Assembly (NCBI GenBank): GCA_963756875.1
Contig: CAVWPA010000003.1
Span: 192,001 to 256,000, forward strand
Direction of reading: 5' to 3'
Length of the DNA stretch: 64,000 nt
Source of the DNA: an uncultured Verrucomicrobiae bacterium
Lineage (GTDB): Bacteria > Verrucomicrobiota > Verrucomicrobiia > Chthoniobacterales > UBA10450
In this document: piece after piece, positions 60,473 to 64,000 of the stretch
Position numbering within the stretch: the first letter of the stretch is position 1
Layout of the letters: the number at the start of each line of letters is the position of its first letter
Made by a program: the position numbers and the translations under genes
The notes under the pieces: generated by a model
What the model was told of the DNA's origin: nothing
The model's input: only the letters and a program-made list of their open reading frames with translations
Databases searched by the model: none

Positions 60473-62270
60473 TCCGCTCGCGTTTGCGCTTCAACTCGAT
60501 CTCGATTTTTGTGAGCGGAAGACAATTCACCACGTCGGCTTTCGTAAGCCAGCCTTTGCGCGCAATGCCGATGCCAAACCAAAGGTCCTGCAGACGCTCG
60601 GTTCGGTGCGCGTCCGGGTTGATCACGCATTTGACTCCTTTCTTCTTCGCCAGCGGCCACCAGCGCCAGTCGAGATCGAGGCGCTTGGGCGCGGCGTTCA
60701 GCTCAATCCACGTTCCATTCGCCGCCGCCGCGTCCAGGACGGCAGGAATATCGACAACATAAGGCTCGCGCTGCAGAAGAAGTCGCCCCGTCGGGTGCGC
60801 GAGAATGGTAACGAAACGATTGCTAATCGCGCGGATCACGCGGCGCGTCATTTCCGCTTCGCTCAAATTAAAAACCGAATGGATCGAGGCGACAACGAAA
60901 TCCAGTTCGGATAAGAGATCATCCGAAAAGTCGAGGGTGCCGTCGCGGAGGATATCGCATTCCACACCGGCAAAAAGCCGGAAGCCGTCGAATTTTTTGT
61001 TCAATTTTCGAATCGCCGCAATTTGTGCGCGGAGTTTCTTTTCATCGAGCCCGTGCGCCTGAACGGAGCTGCGGCTGTGCTCCGCGATCCCCAGATATTC
61101 CAGGCCGAGCGCCTGCGCTGCATCGGCCATTTCCTCCAGCGTATTATGGCCGTCGCTCGCGACCGTATGACAATGAAATGTGCCGCGTAAATTTTCCTTT
61201 TCGATCAAGTGCGGCAACACATGTTTTTCCGAAGCCTCGAATTCGCCGCAATTTTCACGCAGCTCCGGCGGGATAAAATCGAGATCGAGCGCGTGATAAA
61301 GGCCGGCTTCATCGTTAATTTTCTCGTTCTTCTGCGGCGATCGTTTAACCGTCTGTCCAGTCGAAGACTCGCCGTGGCGAGCTCGGACCTTTTTTGCTTT
61401 GGGATCCGGCGGCAACGGCCCGAGCCGATACTCGTTCAACGTCCAGCCGCGTTTAAGCGCCCGGTTACGCATCTCGATATTATGCTCCCTGTTGCCTGTA
61501 AAATAATTCAACGCGAAAGGATATTCGCTCGAGCTTACCACTCGCAGGTCGCATTGGATCCCGGAACGCAGCCGCACACTCGATTTCGTCGGTCCGTGTG
61601 CAACGATCGACTCAACCAGCGGGTGCTCGACGAAAAATTTCGTGATTACGTCCGGCTTTTTTGTCGCCACCACAAAATCGATATCGTGCACGATCTCCCG
61701 GCGTCGCCGGTAACTCCCTGCGACATCGACATGCAAGGCGTCACGATGCGCCGTCAGATCCGCGCGCAGCGACTCCGCTTCGGCTGCGATCCGGCCGAAT
61801 TGAAAATAGCCGGCATGCTTTGTCCGCTGCTCAATGGCGGCGCAAATTTTTGCCTGTGTCGTTTCGCCAAAGCCAGGCAACTGCGCGACTCGCCCGGACT
61901 CACACGCTTTTCGCAGCTGTTCAATTGAGCTGATCTGCAGGTTCTCGTACAGCGCCTTGATCTTTTTCGCGCCAAGACCCGAGATCGAGAATAACTCCAG
62001 AATCGCCGCCGGGAAGTTGGCCCGGAGTTCTTCCAGATATTTCAATGATCCCGTGGCGGCCAGCTCTTTGATTTTCTCCGCGATGCTTTTGCCGATTCCC
62101 GGAATTTTCGCCAGCGCCTGTTCGTCCTGCAGATCGGGCAGGTTACCGCCCCAGGTTTCGAGGGAGCGCGCGGCATTGGCATAAGCCCGGATCTTGAATG
62201 GATTCTCCTCCTTCAATTCGAGAAGAGTGGCGATCTCTTCCAGGACTTCGACGATCTGGGTCTTTGTCAT
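60468..62270 (-). CDS. polX: DNA polymerase X / PHP 3'-5' exonuclease
   Basis: ENPFKIRAY, AGSYRR..DID, YFTG, PHP HCHT..SDG, HPTGR, NPDAH. Confidence 0.94.
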   Translation of the reverse strand: MTKTQIVEVLEEIATLLELKEENPFKIRAYANAARSLETWGGNLPDLQDEQALAKIPGIGKSIAEKIKELAATGSLKYLEELRANFPAAILELFSISGLGAKKIKALYENLQISSIEQLRKACESGRVAQLPGFGETTQAKICAAIEQRTKHAGYFQFGRIAAEAESLRADLTAHRDALHVDVAGSYRRRREIVHDIDFVVATKKPDVITKFFVEHPLVESIVAHGPTKSSVRLRSGIQCDLRVVSSSEYPFALNYFTGNREHNIEMRNRALKRGWTLNEYRLGPLPPDPKAKKVRARHGESSTGQTVKRSPQKNEKINDEAGLYHALDLDFIPPELRENCGEFEASEKHVLPHLIEKENLRGTFHCHTVASDGHNTLEEMADAAQALGLEYLGIAEHSRSSVQAHGLDEKKLRAQIAAIRKLNKKFDGFRLFAGVECDILRDGTLDFSDDLLSELDFVVASIHSVFNLSEAEMTRRVIRAISNRFVTILAHPTGRLLLQREPYVVDIPAVLDAAAANGTWIELNAAPKRLDLDWRWWPLAKKKGVKCVINPDAHRTERLQDLWFGIGIARKGWLTKADVVNCLPLTKIEIELKRKRERK

Positions 62271-62348
62271 TATTTTAACGGTTAGCCTAGAATCGCTGAG
62301 CGTCGAATGCGACAGGAGACCGGGCGTTGTGCTAATCTGGGTGTGTTC

Positions 62349-63539
62349 GTGAAGAAGATCGTTTTACCTGTCACGCTCAGCGTTTTCGCAACCGCAACCG
62401 CTTGCGCGGTCATTCTTTTCAGTACGGCCGATCCGTCAGTCAACACGACCCCGCCGACTGGCGATCTGTCCGGCAGCGGATGGCAGTACCAAGGATTTTG
62501 GGGCGGATACCTTGGGACGCCCATCGCGCCGAACTTTTTCGTTTCCGCGCACCACATCGGCCGGGCTGGATCGGTGTTCACGTTTCAAGGTGTCGACTAC
62601 CATTTAGTGGCGACCGGCAATCCGAACGATCCTTACAAGCACTTCGACGATCCATACAGCGATCTGATGATCTGGCAGGTAATGGAAACCTTCCCGACCT
62701 TCGCGCCGCTTTACTCCGCCGGCGACGAGGTTGGCAAACATCTGGTCGTGATCGGACGCGGTACGCAGCGCGGCAGCGAAATTATCATCAACGGCGCTTT
62801 GCACGGCTGGAACTGGGGGACCGGCGACGGGGTCGAACGATGGGGCGAAAACATCGTCACCTCAATTGTTCCGGACCCTGGCCTGCGCGAACTTATCCAA
62901 GCCACCTTTGATGAAAACGGTTTGCCCAGCGAAGCGCATCTCTCCAGCGGCGACTCGGGCGGCGCGGTCTTTCTTCAAGACAACGGTGTCTGGAAACTGG
63001 CGGCGATTAATTACGGCGTCGATACCGGATATTACACGGACGCAAACGGAACGAACGAGCTTTCGGCTGCCGCGCTCTTCGATACGCGCGAGTTGTATTA
63101 CGAAGACCAAACGAATCCGCCGCATTACACTCTCATCAGCGGCCCGGATCCGGCGCCAACCGCATTTTACTCAACGCGAATCGTGGCGTGTCTCGGTTGG
63201 ATCCGTAGCGTGATCGATCCAAATGGCGATGCGGATGGGGACGGAATCCCAAATCTGCTTCAGTATGCGCTCGTTCTTAATGCCCCCGGGGAACGGGGAT
63301 ACGGCGCGACGCAAGCGTCGCTAAGCTCCGGGTTGCTTTCGCTTACCTATCGGAAGATCACCACGGCAATGCAGCTCCAATATGACGTGAGAGAATCCAC
63401 CGATCTCGTTTCGTGGACAACAGTGACTCCCCAGGAGCAGATCGTGGAGACGCGGGGAAACGTGCAGACGATCAAAGCCAGCGTGCCCGTCGGCTCGAAC
63501 ACGCCGCTGTTTTTACGTCTTCGCATCACCCAGCAGTAG
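62349..63539 (+). CDS. Secreted trypsin-like serine protease with C-terminal Ca-binding-like motif and beta domain
   Basis: Signal peptide; SAHH, DL, GDSGGA triad motifs; DADGDGIPNLLQYAL; C-terminal FLRLRIT. Confidence 0.72.
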   Translation: MKKIVLPVTLSVFATATACAVILFSTADPSVNTTPPTGDLSGSGWQYQGFWGGYLGTPIAPNFFVSAHHIGRAGSVFTFQGVDYHLVATGNPNDPYKHFDDPYSDLMIWQVMETFPTFAPLYSAGDEVGKHLVVIGRGTQRGSEIIINGALHGWNWGTGDGVERWGENIVTSIVPDPGLRELIQATFDENGLPSEAHLSSGDSGGAVFLQDNGVWKLAAINYGVDTGYYTDANGTNELSAAALFDTRELYYEDQTNPPHYTLISGPDPAPTAFYSTRIVACLGWIRSVIDPNGDADGDGIPNLLQYALVLNAPGERGYGATQASLSSGLLSLTYRKITTAMQLQYDVRESTDLVSWTTVTPQEQIVETRGNVQTIKASVPVGSNTPLFLRLRITQQ

Positions 63540-63544
63540 GCCCG

Positions 63545-64000
63545 TCACATCCGCCCCCGGCGCTTGTAGAATTTGTAGCGGGCAATGATTGAATCGACGT
63601 AATTCCGGGTCCCCGGAAACTGGATCTTCCGGCGAAACTCTTCCCCCGAAGCGGCCGGATCGTTGCCGTCGGCCCAGCGCTGTGCCCGACTGGCCCCGGC
63701 ATTGTACTCAGCCAGCGCAAAGGAAAGCGGCTCGGCCTGGTTCTCCCAGTGCTCGAGAGCGCGTTGCAAATACCAGGTTCCGGCTTCCAGATTTGTTCTG
63801 GGATCGTAAAGCTGCTCCGGCCGGAAATTGGCAATCCTGTTTTCCTGCGCCCATTCATTGGCGGCTTTCTCGCTCACCTGCATGAGACCGCGCTCGCCTG
63901 CGCTGCCACGCTTGTGCGGATCGAGCCGGCTTTCGCGCCACACCACCGCTTTAACCAGCATGGGGTCGAGATGATGCTCGGCCGCAACCGACCGGATCAA
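63545..64000 (-). CDS. Soluble lytic transglycosylase (SLT domain; 5' end outside the window)
   Basis: AVVWRES, GLMQV, NLEAGTWYL, AEYNAG, TRNYV. Confidence 0.92.
   Translation of the reverse strand: MIRSVAAEHHLDPMLVKAVVWRESRLDPHKRGSAGERGLMQVSEKAANEWAQENRIANFRPEQLYDPRTNLEAGTWYLQRALEHWENQAEPLSFALAEYNAGASRAQRWADGNDPAASGEEFRRKIQFPGTRNYVDSIIARYKFYKRRGRM

Noticed and set aside
1..64000. CRISPR array, rRNA or tRNA genes
   Set aside because: Repeats are dispersed palindromes without a regular repeat-spacer period; no cas genes, cloverleaf or rRNA signatures were recognised by eye
1..64000. Autonomous transposase or RAYT for the repeats
   Set aside because: No ORF with HUH/Y1, DDE or integrase motifs was found in the window; the mobiliser, if any, is elsewhere

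Overview
GC-rich bacterial chromosomal segment. It is most likely from a soil verrucomicrobium (Spartobacteria/Chthoniobacterales-like). That is an inference from protein style, the paired TolB-N/TPR (+/- adenylate cyclase) genes and the repeat families. Most of the window is housekeeping: leuS, rdgB, exbB-exbD-tonB-exbD, sahR/metK-ahcY, rpsO-pnp, two sigma54 activators, glmM, scpB, lemA-TPM, rpoA-rplQ, a DEAD-box helicase, sseA-sufE, carB, thiG and polX. Two things stand out. (1) A compact cassette at 10076-11442 has its own promoter and a 55-aa Lys-rich peptide ending SSPVLYYHRL. This peptide is translationally coupled (TGATG) to an RRE-like-domain-fused SagB/ThcOx flavoenzyme, and no YcaO is present in the window, so it is a candidate new RiPP system. 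(2) A dense set of GTAG/GGAG-type REP-like palindromes shows compensatory base changes and nests inside one another. Copies sit in-frame inside conserved proteins (LeuRS, an amidohydrolase, a DR2241-like protein, a histidine kinase, PolX, a TPM protein) and supply stop codons and N-termini to neighbouring genes. No rRNA, tRNA, CRISPR array or transposase was recognised. All family assignments are by motif recognition, not database search.
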